Assembly: GCF_037042905.1 (NCBI RefSeq)
Contig: NC_087250.1
Span: 27,406,001-27,470,000, forward strand
DNA: 64,000 nt
Direction of reading: 5' to 3'
Source: Lytechinus pictus
Lineage: Eukaryota
Positions 1-12,879 of this stretch are shown piece after piece. A program made the position numbers and the translations under genes. Position 1 is the first letter of the stretch, and every line of letters starts with the position of its first letter. The notes under the pieces are model-generated. The model saw only the letters and a program-made list of their open reading frames with translations. It had not been told where the DNA came from and searched no databases.

Positions 1-642
1 ACATTTGTTAATAGAGATAATGAGGGTGACTCTTGCATGTGGTAAACGAATGTGGTGAAAGAAATAATTTTTGTTCTCGCTGATGTATGACTTTCTGTGA
101 TAATACAGCACCCCCCCCCCATGGTTATGCACGTGATCAGGAAATTACAAAGAAACATGTTTGAAAGTCTCCGCTTCTTTAAATTTTTCGTTGTTCTTCC
201 TTAATTGGAGCCATAGTATAATATAAAGTTCACTATCAAACCGTATTAACAAAAAAAGAAGTAAAGATTGTTTTATCTTGTCAATCTGAGACACTGACTA
301 CACTCAAAGCAAAATATACAAAATTAGAAGAGATGTATTGTCTATCAACCTGATAATTGTAAACTGATGTTACATACATATTTTGTACATGCAACCAGCT
401 AACTGTGACACCTCATCCCTCTCTTTCCCCTCTCTCTCTTTCTTGTATCACTTATCAATATCATGTAAAAGAGAGAGCTCTGGGGCTAGACCCACCCCAA
501 AAGTTCAAGCACCAAGATAAAATTGAGAAAGAGAAAGAAAGGAAAGGAAGAGGTGTGAATTATATACACATATTTTTCTTAATTTTCTTATTATTTTTTA
601 TCCATCACAAAATAAGCTGTCTTCTTTTGCTCGCTTTCTTAA

Positions 643-1242
643 AGGTCAAGTCCACCTCAGAAAAATGTTGATTTGAATCAATAAAGAAAAATCAGACAAT
701 CACAATGCTGAAATTTCATCAAAATCGGATGTAAAATATTAAGAAAGTTATGACATTTTAAAGTTTCGCTTATTTTTAACAAAATAGTTATGTGAAGCCA
801 GTTATATCCAAATGAGAGAGTTGATGATGTCACTCACTCCCTATTTCTTTTGTTTTTTATTGTTTGAATTATACAATATTTCAATTTTTACGAATTTGAC
901 GATAAGGACCTCCTTGCCTGAAGCACAAAATGTTAAAATAATGGAATTCCACGTGCTCAGGGAGGAATGATACTTCATTTCACATGACAATGACGAGAAA
1001 ATAAAAAAAATCATATTTCATATAATAAAATACAAAAGAAATAGTGAGTGAGTGATGTCATCAGTTCCTTATTTGCATACTGACCGAGATGTGCATATAA
1101 CTGTTTTGTGAAATGAAGCGAAACTTTAAAATGCAATAACTTTCTTATTTTACATCCGATTTTGATAAAATTTTCAGTGTTATGCTTGTTGAATTTTTCT
1201 CTCTTTATTCAAAACAAGTTTTTGTTGGGGTGGACTTGTCCT
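643..1242. mobile_element. Non-autonomous TTAA-target DNA transposon (Kolobok-like MITE), 600 bp
   Basis: TTAA at 639-642 and 1243-1246; ends AGGTCAAGTCCACC / GGTGGACTTGTCCT; long imperfect inverted arms; same family as 33921-34520. Confidence 0.85.
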
Positions 1243-2104
1243 TTAACTCCGTTTTATGAACCTTTTCATCTTTTGGACAATGTTTGGCCCCCTCATGTTT
1301 TTGTTGGTTCATCACCGCATTGACACAAGGCTTTTATATTTGACAAAAGTTTCCGAAACTGTGATCAAATTTACCATTTTTGTTTTAATATCATTCAGAC
1401 TAAAAATATTCCTTCTGGATAAAAATGAAGGGAAATTATAAAACTAATCTGCATTTGTAATAATTCTTTTCTGTATTATCATAATAGTACAAAACAATTG
1501 AATTATATTGGATGGTTCAGAACGGAATATCAGAGATATTTCAATAGTTTTGTATAGTAGCCTGGTATGCGGAGGATATCAGTCCTTTGTTCAATGTGCT
1601 CTCATATTGAACAGACAACTGATTCAGACAAAAATAAACATTAAAAATGCATCGCTAAAATCATGGACCCTTGTAGGGTCCATGCTAAAACACTCTGTAG
1701 ATTACAATTCTTGATATCAGTATTAATAGTATATAACCATTATTGTCAAAGTCATGGTCAGTTATTAAATGTTATTATCATGTACAACATTATTATCATT
1801 CTTATTATAGTTATGGTGATTTAGATTTTTCGTTATCATAATCAAAATTATTATCATAAATGGTGACAATTATAATAATAATAATAAAGTAGGTGGCCCT
1901 AATGGTACTATTATTATGGTAATATTCACCATCAACGTTATCTAACATACAAAATAATAAAACATTTAAGTTTTATGCAGAAAATCTATAGAAAGTTCAA
2001 ATAAAAAAAATGAAAATGCCTTGAAATTTCAAGGCTCAAAATCCTCAAGGCCAAGGCTTGACAGTCCTAGGCCAAGGCTTCGAAAAAATTGGCCTTAAGG
2101 CGCT

Positions 2105-2373
2105 TTAATAATAATAATCATACCAATCATACTGCCTAATGCGTCCCTATATGCGCTTAATTGGATATTATTACCCTGGCTTTAGCCTCGCAGCCTTTTA
2201 CAAGCGCGATGGCATTTAAAGGAGTAAATTCCTGCCATTTATATCACCTGGGTCGAGTGCAGCACAATGTGGATGAATTTCTTGCCGAAGGAAATTACGC
2301 CATGGCTGGGATTCGAACCCACGACCCTTTTTTTCAAAGTCCGAAGACTAATCCACTGGGCCACAACGCTCCA
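2105..2373 (-). mobile_element. tRNA-derived SINE
   Basis: Minus strand starts TGGAGCGTTGTGGCCCAGTGG (A box) ... GGTTCGAATCC (B box) and ends in a (TTA)n tail; body shared with 46026-46257. Confidence 0.8.
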
Positions 2374-2469
2374 CATGGCAATGGTCGAATATCAAGGCAC
2401 TATAACACTAGTTCTTGATTACAAAAATTTTTTCTATACTTTCCAAATTTTAGGTCAGGGTATCATTTT

Positions 2470-4163
2470 TTCAGCTTGCGTTTTGTGCTCGCTTCAATAA
2501 AGTTTAGATGTCCATTTACCAATCCCAGTTTAAAAGTCAGAAATTAAAAAAAAATCACAGCTTTCTCTCTTCTCGCTTGTATCAGAAGTTTAGTAAAAAT
2601 CTATTTTGTTCACAGTTAGAAAAAGGTGCTAAAAATGTCAAGGTTAAAACTCGGAAAAAAAAAATTCAGCTCGCGCTTTGCGCTCACGTATTTTGTGTAG
2701 TTAGATACCTATCCTCTTAAGGGTAACAAAATATTAATTTCCTATTGCTTAGTTGGAAAATTACAATTTCAAGCTTATGCTTCGCGCTTGTATTAATATT
2801 GTTTGATCAAAAACATATCATGTTTATGTTTACAAAAGTGCTTTATTGCTCACATTGATTGGTACATGTAGGATATGTATTCTTCTCATGTGTTACATGG
2901 AAACATTCATTAACAGGTAGCTTTTCAGATCAATATAGTAACATTTTCAGCTCCCGCTCGCAATATCCTCTTCATGAGCCACTGCAAAACTGTTATTATT
3001 AGCTCCCTTTTTAGATTAGTGTATTGAAATTTTGGCTCGCGCTTCGCGCTCCCATAAATTATTTAGTTACATACGCATATTGTTTATGAATAAAAAAACT
3101 GCTCAGAATATCAAAGTTTATATCACTATACATGAAATATAAAAAAAAGATAGCTCGCGCTTTGTGCTCGCGTTATTTCTTAATGCCTTATTCTACTATC
3201 TTGTGTGGACGCACAAACCTGAGATGTAGTTAAAACTTCGGTCTTTTGAGAGAAATACCCCCTAGAAATTAGATCATGGCGGCCAATCGGAAAAAAAAAA
3301 TTATAATTTGTTTCTGCCGATCATTATTATTGTAAGATATGTGTTCTTTTCCCCGGATAACAAAAAAAGTATTAAGCTCTTGCTTTAGCTTTAGATTCCC
3401 ATCATCCATTAGTGAGATAAGTATATCCTCTCAACAATTTTCATGCCTCTTAAAAAGTGTTCAAATGTTTCCACTTCTGGTCAGTATAATAAAATGTTCA
3501 CCCTGGGCTTTGGACTCGCATCAATCATAAAATTAAGATACATAAATTGTTCTTTATTTTAAAAACGTGCTTATACTGTCCAATTTTCAGATGGGAATAT
3601 GAAAATATCTCGGCTCGCACCTCCTGTTTGTATGGCTTAATTAATCATGCTTAAAAATTGAAATTTTCAGTATAAATTATTAAAAAAAGAATCAGCATGT
3701 GCCTGGCACTCGCATCTTATCCTGAATGATTTTAAGCGACCGCAAAGCGTGAGCTGCATTTTTTTTTAATTCTAACCTGAAAAACGAAAATGATCTTTTT
3801 CATATTATTATAGAAAATTTCAGCTCGCAATTCGCGCTCACATTTTTTGTATTTATCCCTTGTAAGACACCTTACCGTGTTTTTGAGAATAAATCTCATG
3901 ATTTATTTAACTTCGGACGGTTTCTACAAAACAAATTTATTTTGGTGCCCCCTACAAATGTTCAAGCAGCCCCCCCCCCCTCCCAGCTGAATTAAGTGTC
4001 AGATACGCCATTGCCTTCAAGATTACATTACTTCCAAGAGATGTTATCAATAATATTTCTAACCTCCCGCTCACACAATTCTAGGCCTACTCTGATAAAA
4101 AAATACATGAAATTGAAACCCCCAAATACCTGAAACACAAATTACTCGCGCTTCGCGCTCGCA
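2470..4163 (-). repeat. Dispersed array of degenerate GCTCGCGCTTCGCGCTCGC motifs in AT-rich spacers (interior of a repeat element)
   Basis: Motif recurs roughly every 100-200 bp (e.g. ~2669, ~3035, ~3153, ~3823, ~4145); the same motif occurs in the opposite orientation at 25780-28800. Confidence 0.65.
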
Positions 4164-4446
4164 TTTATTCTTTTTGAAGAAAAAGTGACATTCCATATAT
4201 ATACATGCATGTGGATTTGGAGGGCGCAATTCATCTTCGCTGGATAAGGTCACGACCGTTCCCGGAGAGTGATTAAACCCTCTATTTCTAACGTTTTTGG
4301 ATATATATTTTGAGAAAGGACTAGTGGAATCTGAGGTAAATATAGTGACATAACATATATATCTATTTGGAAACTGGATGTTGTTGCATGGTCTTGATAT
4401 TTTGAGATTCCAACTTTGAGGTTAACGCCCAGGCTATTTTTGAAAG

Positions 4447-5552
4447 ATGGCGGCCTACGCAGAAAAAGCCCGGTTTAAACCTCCAATAGACTCAACTGAC
4501 ATTAAACCGGTGTTTGTGAAACGAAACACAAGGACATCCCCTCTAGTAATGACAATACAGATGTATCAAGTGAAGAACTTTTCATGTGCATTGCTCGTAC
4601 AACAAAAAGTAGCGGCATTAGAGGGATTCAAAAAATCGGAGGTTTATGGCGTTCATATCTGACGTCCCAAGACGCCCGTATAGAGCTCATCACAAAAGGC
4701 ATGAACGTTAGGAATGTCAATATCGCAGTATACGATAAAAATCCATTTCTAAATGATGGAATGGATGGATGTATTCGCCTCATAATTAAGGACATACCCT
4801 TGTCAGCCCATGACTCCTTGATTTGTGACGAACTAGAGATGAGGAAATATAAAACTGTTGGGAAACCCACCTACCAACGGCTCCGTGTTGACGGGCAGTT
4901 GACAGACTGTCTAACCGGAGATAGGACTGTTTACATCCAGCAACCATCCCAACCCCTCCCTCGTTTCATGACCTTCGGCCTCTTCAAAGGGAGAATCTTC
5001 CACCCAGGGCAAATCACAACCAACACAAGCAAGGTGGTAGTATGCTCCAACTGCTTGAACGAAGGGCACTATCGTTCAAGTTGCATTAACCCGGTTGTGT
5101 GCTGCAGTTGTAAACAACCCGGGCACATTCAGCGTGATTGCAGTTATACGACCACGCCCACCTCGCAACAACAGGCTGATAACACCCGCACATCAGATAT
5201 CATCCCCGATGCCCAGGCGACAATTGACCAGTTCATCGCGTCCAAGCGAAATGCAGCTACATCCGTCACCGAACAGACGCATCACCCTGACGACCCCATA
5301 CCTATGGAACCAAAGATTACACGATCTAAAAGCAGCCGCCAATCGCAACAAAAGAATGCGTCGTCATCCAGGCAACCAGGCATATCTGAATACCTACGTA
5401 GCGAGAAAGCAAGTTCGCGAGAGTCGGCAGTCACAGAGGAAGAAACAAACACAGATGCAACAGCTTCAGGAAATGAAGAAGAATCCGACTCGTATCTATC
5501 TCCCGAAACACCGAGCCCTAAAAAAACAAGGGGAAAAACCCGTCAAGCGTAG
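4447..5552 (+). pseudogene. L1/Tx1 ORF1 (gag-like, two CCHC zinc knuckles), one frameshift near the 5' end
   Basis: CSNCLNEGHYRSSC and CCSCKQPGHIQRDC in ORF 4584-5552; N-terminus lies in the overlapping ORF starting at 4447. Confidence 0.85.
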
Positions 5553-7255
5553 GAGAAAACAGAAAAAAATGAAGAAAAAAAAATTGAACAGTAATTATTC
5601 CTGAAAGGTGCAGAGATGGTCCATATCTGTTCTAACTTGAAAACGCAGAATCTACACCTCATTTCTCTTAATGTCAGAGGCATTCGGAATAAAGTAAAAC
5701 GAGGCGTTATATTTTCATGGTTATCTTTTCAAAAAGCGAATGTAATTTTATTACAAGAAACCTTCTTAACAACTGAACTGGAATATGCGTTTAGATCAGA
5801 ATGTGGTGAACTGTGCTTTTTCAACCATGGAACAAATCATTCTAAAGGCGTTGTGACTATAATAAAGAAACAGGATAACATTGAAATACTCGAAACTTTT
5901 GTGAAATTCGACGGAAGGGCAATTGCTGTAAGATTAAGTGTTCAGAAAAAAATATACTTTCTTCTAAATGTTTATGCCCCAACTATAAAATCTGAAAAAT
6001 AAATATTTTTCAAGATAATGTATAACTGGATAAAAGATATGAAACAAAAGGGTGATTTACTCGTATTTGGAGGTGATTTGAACCGTGTACAAGATCCCAA
6101 GCTTGATACCCAAGGTTGTTCACAGGCTTATAAACAAATGAAAGGGTTACAAAATATTCAGAATAAATTTAGTCTAAGTGACGTATGGCGAAAATGGTAT
6201 CCACTCGGAAAACAATTTACCTGGCGTCAATTAACGTTGATTATATCATCTCGACTTGATTACTGGTTGATTTCTTCATCATTGTATTGTAATGTTCAAA
6301 GTACTGATATCAGACATGCAATCAAGTGTGATCACTGTGCCATATCACTAAAATTAAGGATAGAAAGTGTTACGAGAGGAAAGGGGACATGGAAATTTAA
6401 TAATTCATTATTACATGATTATGTCTATAAGAAACATATTAAGTATAGTATAAACTCTACATCATTTCAATGCTATATGAATGCAAGGACCAAATGGGAC
6501 ATTATGTGAAAAATAAGGATTCTAGAGTTTACCATGAAATTCGCCAAGCAAAAGCAAATTGAAAAGATGGAATGGTATAAAAGAACGTACGAAATGTACA
6601 TGTTATTGTGCAGGAATGTTGACAGTGGTAATTACGAAAGAAACGACATAGCAAGAATGAACGATCTGAAAACAGATATTGAAAAATGGTATGCACATAG
6701 ATGTAGGGGCGCATTTGTAAGATCTCGCGAACGGTGGATGGAATCTGGCGAAAGATCTAACAAGTATTTTCTCAATTTAGAAAAGAAAAATGGAAAACAA
6801 AAAGAAATTGACTGTATAAATAAAAATGGAAAAATTGTTACTGGTAATGGAAACGTTCTTAAAGAAATAACAAATATTACAAAGACTTATACTAAAAAAA
6901 AGTCTTTAAGTGTACATTCCGAAATAAAAAAGTACCTAAAAATACAAATTTAACTACTCTTTCTGAGGATGATGCACTGGCTTGTGAAGGCTTAATAACA
7001 GAAAAGGAATGTTTTGAAGCGTTAAAAACAATGAGAAATAACAAATCTTCCGGCAGTGATGGACTAACTGCTGAATTCTATCGGTGCTTCTGGGATGATT
7101 TAAAGTATATGTTGATCGATAGTTTGAAAGTCAAGAGTTGCCTGAAAGCCATAACAGGCTGTCATTACATTGTTGCATAAAAAAGGTGACAAGAGAGTAA
7201 TAGACAACTGGAGACCAATTTCATTGTTGAACATTGACTACAAGATCCTTGCAAA

Positions 7256-9223
7256 GGGTGATTGCATACGTGTCGTACGGGACATTTAGAGAACATTTGA
7301 CAGTTTTTTGACAAGAAAAACAAAAAAATATTCCAGTAACTAAAGGTGATCATCAAGTACTACCAGAGTGTTAGAAAAACCAAGAGTTAACATGACTTGA
7401 ATTCACATCCTGTATAATACAGATTTAAAGTAGTAATGCGTCGTACGGACGCAGAAAAGGTGGCTTTTTTAGAAACCTCAAGTTTGTACTCTAAAGTCTG
7501 TGAGTTGGACAGATAATTTTCATAGAAACTGAACTAAAATTGATATTCAATTACCCAAGAACAAACACATCTATGAAAGAAAGCAAAATAATCCTTCATG
7601 AATAAATAAAGCAAATTGCAATTTTCGAGAACATTGTGGGGTACGGGACATTTCTAAATTGAAGCCAAACTTTCTTACTTTATGTCTCTTTGACTTCTTC
7701 AATCATTTTATTTGGCTGATGATAATGATAATCCTATCAAACTAAAGACATTCATTATGTTAGAAACCGCTATTGGCTGAATATTTCTTTCAATTATCAT
7801 AAACAAAAAAATGTGTCGTACGGGACACTTGTGTGTCGTACAGGACACTTCTGCGTCGTACGGGACACTTGTGTGTTGTACAGGCACTTGCGTGTTGTAC
7901 TCGGCAGCCTGAATAAAACAATGATCTTTTTATTAATCAGAAGGGGAGCATTGCCCCTAAATTCTTCGTTTTTAATGAAAAGTCTTTTAATAAGTAGTCA
8001 TTCAGGACAATATAATTAAGTAACCTCAATATATACAATCGGGAGCAATATGTTATCATTTTTTCATGATGGGAAATGTACAAGGGTTCACAGCATTTTT
8101 ACGAGCTGAAAAACTTGAGGTTTTGTGTGAAGTTATATTTAGTGAATTAATTGATGATTTCCAATACACTATTTAAACAATGAATGAATGAAACTCTTTG
8201 TGTAAATTATGGGGCAAAAATGTTATAATTTTTCATATAAAATGTATATACACTAGCGTACCTACGGAGGGGGGGGGGGGCACTCTGCCCCCCCTGACGA
8301 GCCACAACCCATACAAAAGACATATACCTGCCCCCCCCCCCCTGACGAGCTTGAAGACATTTATAGGGTGAATCAATTTTAAAGGTTTTCTTTTCATGCT
8401 CAATGACATAGAAATTAACCTGCTCTGACCAGTGAAAATCACCAGTTTAATTGGAGGGATTCACAAAAGAATACGCCTACATGAAATCAATTAAAATGGT
8501 TAGAATCACCTATTTTATGTTCTATGGAGATAACAAAAGTACTTTTTCAGTTCACTTTACGTCAAATCAATTACTTGAATTAAAATAGGTCTACTATTTA
8601 TAGTTTCTGAATCCAAATCATGTAATTAAATGTAGTATATATTGTGTGTCGTACGGGACATGTCCCGTACGACACAGTGTGTGTCGTACGGGACAACTAT
8701 TAATAGGACGATTATTGACAAATGAAGAACAGTAATTAAATCCTTATGGGATAAATCGATCACCCATGGGTCAAAGATAGAGAAACTGATTTGGTGAAAT
8801 TGCATCATCAAAAATAAAATTGTAAGAAAAACTTTTGCACTTTCATGTGTCGTACGGGACATTGCCAAAAATAGGTTCGGAAAAATCAGGGCTGCCGCTA
8901 TTATGGAACATGAAAATGCTGTAGATATTATTTGGAACATTCAATGATACATTATTCCATTGACCTGCAATATTTTCAGTCTTCTCGTGCTTTGCCAATA
9001 GTTGTTTCAGGCAGTGTTTGTACTTGACTATTTAATCAGCAAAATTATTGAAAATTGAAAATTCCATTTTCCCCCTAAAAAAACTATATCTGACTTCACT
9101 TTTGGTTAAAATTCATTATTTTCATAAAATTTAGGTATCATAGTAAAATATTACACTACTTATGACTTATTGAAAGCATGTTGAAATTTATGATATTTTT
9201 GAAGTTTTAGTGTGGAATCGCCC
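7256..9223. mobile_element. Non-autonomous DNA transposon with GGG...CCC ends (PIF/Harbinger-superfamily-like), 1968 bp, inside the L1 RT
   Basis: Imperfect TIR GGGTGATTGCATAC vs reverse complement GGGCGATTCCACAC; probable AAA TSD; removing it restores DYKILAKALCKRL; about 10 copies of TGTCGTACGGGACA. Confidence 0.8.
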
Positions 9224-10502
9224 AAAAGCACTTTGTAAAAGATTGTATACTGTGTTAGAAAACATAGTCTCCGCAGATCAGACTGGTTATTCAAAACAAC
9301 GTTCCTCTGTACAAAACATCCGCCTTGTTTTAGATACTATTGAATATTGTCACTACAAGAACTCCCCAGGGATTCTAATTTTTCTAGACTTAAAAAAGGC
9401 ATTCGATAACATTAGTCACGAATTCCTTTTTCTGTTACTAGATAGACTGAGGTTTAAAGAAACTTTTAAAGTTTGGGCTAAAACTCTTTTTAACAATGCG
9501 ATAGGGAAGGTAATTAATAATGGTTGGGTCTCCCAAGAATTCAAAATAGAGCAAGGTGTGAGGCAGGGTTGCGCTTTATCAGGTCTCCTCTTTATACTGG
9601 TCACCGAAGTCATGGCAGTGAGTATAAAGCAAAATGCTTACATTAATGGAATTCGAATTCCCTCAGAAAATCCAGTCATGCCAGTTGGTATTGTTCAAGA
9701 AAATGTCGTTATGTCACAATCAGACAATTGGCAGACGACGCTGTTATTTTTGTAAACTCTATAGAGTCGGGAAATTTGGCTTTGAAAGAAGTTGAAACGT
9801 TTGGTCTTTTAGCATGCCCAAAACTAAACTTAATGAAAACAAATGCTATGTCTACCTCTTTCCAAGAAAAGGAACTGGACAATTTAGCATGGACAAACCA
9901 GCCCATAAAATACCTCGGTGTATACATTTCCGCCAAACAAAAAGAATGTGAAAGTTTAAATTGGGATTTTAAAATTGAGAAGGTGAGATCTCTTTTGAGG
10001 GTATGGAAAATGAGAAACCTGATATATTATGGAAAGATAACAATTATAAAAACACTTATTGTTTCTCAATTTGTATACATTGGGACATGTTTACCAATTC
10101 CAAAGAATACTATGACTAAACTTAACAAATTAATTTACAGTTTTCTTTGGGGTTCCAAAAAAGAAAAAGTCAAGAGAGCGGTTGTTACTCGCTCTCCAGC
10201 AAATTGGGGGTTTAGATATGGTAAACCTAAGAACCAAATTTTAATCATTACAATTATCTTGGTTCACAAAATACCTTAAAGGTGACAAGTCACAATGGAG
10301 ACTATTTTTTAAATTCTGGATAAACCTTATCGGAGATGTATCGGAGGTTTTGAGAATGAACTGTTCGAATAAAGATATGCCTTTTTTATGTACGAAGTTC
10401 AAATTACCAGAGTTTTATGTCAACCTACTTATGTACTGGAGTGAACTGAGATACGTTCATTTTAATAACGTTAAAGACGTGTTCGATCAAGTATTATGGT
10501 AC

Positions 10503-11039
10503 CGCATACATTCGTAATTCCGAAGCTTCGTTATTCCGAAGGTTCGGATATTCCGAAGGTTCGTTATTCCGAAGGTTCGTATTTCCGAAGGTTCTTAATT
10601 CCGAAGGTTCGTTAGTCCGAATACGAAATTAGGTTCGTAATTCCGAAGGTTCGTTAGTCCGAAAACGAAGTGAGGTTCGTTAATCCGAAAAAGAAATGAG
10701 GTTCGTAATTCCGAAGGTTCGTTAGTCCGAAAACTAAACCTTATTTCGTTTTCGGACTAACGAAACTTCGGAACAACGAACCTTATTTCGTTTTCGGATT
10801 AATGAACATTCGGAACAACGAACCTTATTTCGTTTTCGGATTATCGAACCTTCGGAATAACGAACCTTCGGAATAACGCCCCAAATGTTCGGATTAACGA
10901 ACCCTTTTACGTTTTCGGATTAACGAACATCGAGGTATAGGTAGTTTGCGTGTTTCGGAATTACGAACCTTCGGAATAAAGAACCTTTGGAATTACGAAC
11001 CTTCGGAATTACGAACCTTCGGAATTACGAAGTGTAACC
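10503..11039. mobile_element. Foldback MITE with 9-bp TSD (Mutator/MuDR-like), arms of ~15-bp TTCGTAATTCCGAAGG-type repeats
   Basis: TSD TTATGGTAC at 10494-10502 and 11040-11048; repeat orientation flips near 10740; removing it restores QVLWYNSNI in L1 ORF2. Confidence 0.88.
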
Positions 11040-12814
11040 TTATGGTACAATAGCAATATTAAACACGGAAATGACCTCTTATATTTTAAAGAGTGGAAAG
11101 CTAACGGGATTGAAAAAGTCAGTGACCTTTTTGAAAATGGGCAGTGGATATCGTGTGACTCCTTACAAAGACGATTGGGCACAAATTCATTGTTAATACA
11201 TTTCAAATTTTCTAAATTGAAAAAGGCATTTCCAAAAGTATGGGTGAGTGAAACAAGAAATACAGTTTACACCAAAGATGAAACAGAAAATGAACCAGAA
11301 ATGTTTGAAATATCATCTGGTGATTTCATTAAAGTTTGTTGCATGAAAGCAAAACATTTTTATTTATTACTAAATGAATCAGAACAAGAGAATCCCTCTG
11401 TTTCAGGGTGGTGGGAGGAAATTTGTCAACTACCAGTAGATTATGAATGGAAGCACGTATTAGATTTTAAGTTGAAACATATCAGAGATAATAAAGTGAG
11501 ACAATTTAATTTCAAATTATTGCACAATATTTTGCCCTTTTAGAAAAAAATCTTTAAAAATGGAAGATCTCGTCAAACATTATTTGCTCATTTTGTAACG
11601 AACCTAAATCATCTATTTACGTTTTGTTAAAATGTCACCAAGTAACTGATTTTTGGAAAAAGGTTCACATTTTAATACTAGATTGGTTTCAAAAAGACAT
11701 TTATTTAGAAGAAAAGAATATTGTAATTGGTTTTAAAATCAGTGAGTCTAAATCTAATTTGATTAACCTATTATTAATTTATGCACAATATGCAGTGTAC
11801 AAAGTATATATGTTAAATTACTTCAAGAATAAATTGTTCAATAGTCAATCAATTTTGGATGGTATTTAAAAATGATTTCAGGAATTATGCTCAGTGGAAA
11901 TAGAAAAATAAGAAAGATGTTTCAGAAGAACTTGAGAAGTTTCTGTTTTAGATACTCTTACCATTTCTGCATCTGTATTTACTCTTTTTTTTCTATACAT
12001 GTTGATTAATTTTGTATACATGTGATTATATTGTTATTTGATTTGATTTTATGAAATAAAGTACCTCAGAAGAGGAAAAGAAAAAAAATATATATATGTG
12101 GATTTATTTCCTTTATGAAAATATGATTAGAATTAGTGGTCTTCAAATGCCGTGTTTTATGTGACTAGGAAATAAAATAATTCACCACGCATTTAAAGCA
12201 CTTTTCTTGCTCGGCAGGGATGGACGAGGCGCATTTTTTTCTGTCTAAAAGGGCGCCAAAATCAGGTCAGGTTTTGGCCCCTCCCTACGAAATCCCTGAT
12301 CTTATTATCATTATTCTATACATGAGGAATTTCGTATAACATTTTTTTACAATGAAAAGAGCCTTTAGTCTTTTTCTCTTTGAACATTTAAATTTCGCTG
12401 TAAAGTATGCTCACTGCATATACTAAATGTTGGCCCTAAACATACAAGACATCTTTTTGACATTGTTTGTCGTTTTCTCTACGCACTATCATAATTTATT
12501 TCCAAAATTCTTTGCAATTTGAGCACTGATCCACGTTTATCATGAGCTAAAAATAAAAACCATACCTCCTAATTTGTGTATACACTGCACCTTTTCGTGT
12601 ATCCGTGTTTAATAATACATTATACAAGGATCTTAATTCAACTAAAGAGAAAAAAAAAGTATTAAATTAAGCGTTGTTTTATCGGTTCACAAAACAAAGC
12701 AAGAAAAATTAAGATTAAATCTGAGAACACTTTCACTGTAAAGGTTTCTGAGAAAGCGAGATAATGTTTAATATATCCTCGTAATTTTTTGTTCAAATGT
12801 TTCTTGAGTTAATT

Positions 12815-12849
12815 TTAACTTTTCTTGCGTTTTTTGTTTTGTTTTTTAG
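12815..12849 (+). promoter_or_regulatory. Splice acceptor (polypyrimidine tract + AG) upstream of the TRIM-like exon
   Basis: TTAACTTTTCTTGCGTTTTTTGTTTTGTTTTTTAG ends at 12849, 30 nt before the ATG. Confidence 0.65.
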
Positions 12850-12879
12850 GTAGGCTACTGTCCCCATTTTCTCTTCGTC

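Larger units (their letters stand above)
5616..11869 (+). pseudogene. L1/Tx1 ORF2 (AP endonuclease + reverse transcriptase), broken by stops, frameshifts and two insertions
   Basis: SLNVRG, LQET, GGDLN, SRLDY, CDH (APE); DYKILAK|ALCKRL across the first insertion; LDLKKAFD, GVRQGCALS, ADD, KYLGV (RT); FNFKLLHNILP near the C-terminus. Confidence 0.92.
4219..12088 (+). mobile_element. Full-length decayed L1/Tx1-clade non-LTR retrotransposon with two nested insertions
   Basis: ORF1 with zinc knuckles, APE endonuclease, RT and C-terminal Cys/His motif; AATAAA 12055-12060 then an A-rich tail; candidate TSD ATGTGGATTT at 4209-4218 and 12096-12105. Confidence 0.92.

Noticed and set aside
2300..2373. 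Functional tRNA gene
   Set aside because: A and B boxes are present but run straight into a SINE body and tail found twice in the window
4443..4455. YY1-like AAGATGGCGGCC in the L1 5' region
   Set aside because: It coincides with the ORF1 start codon context, so there is no independent support
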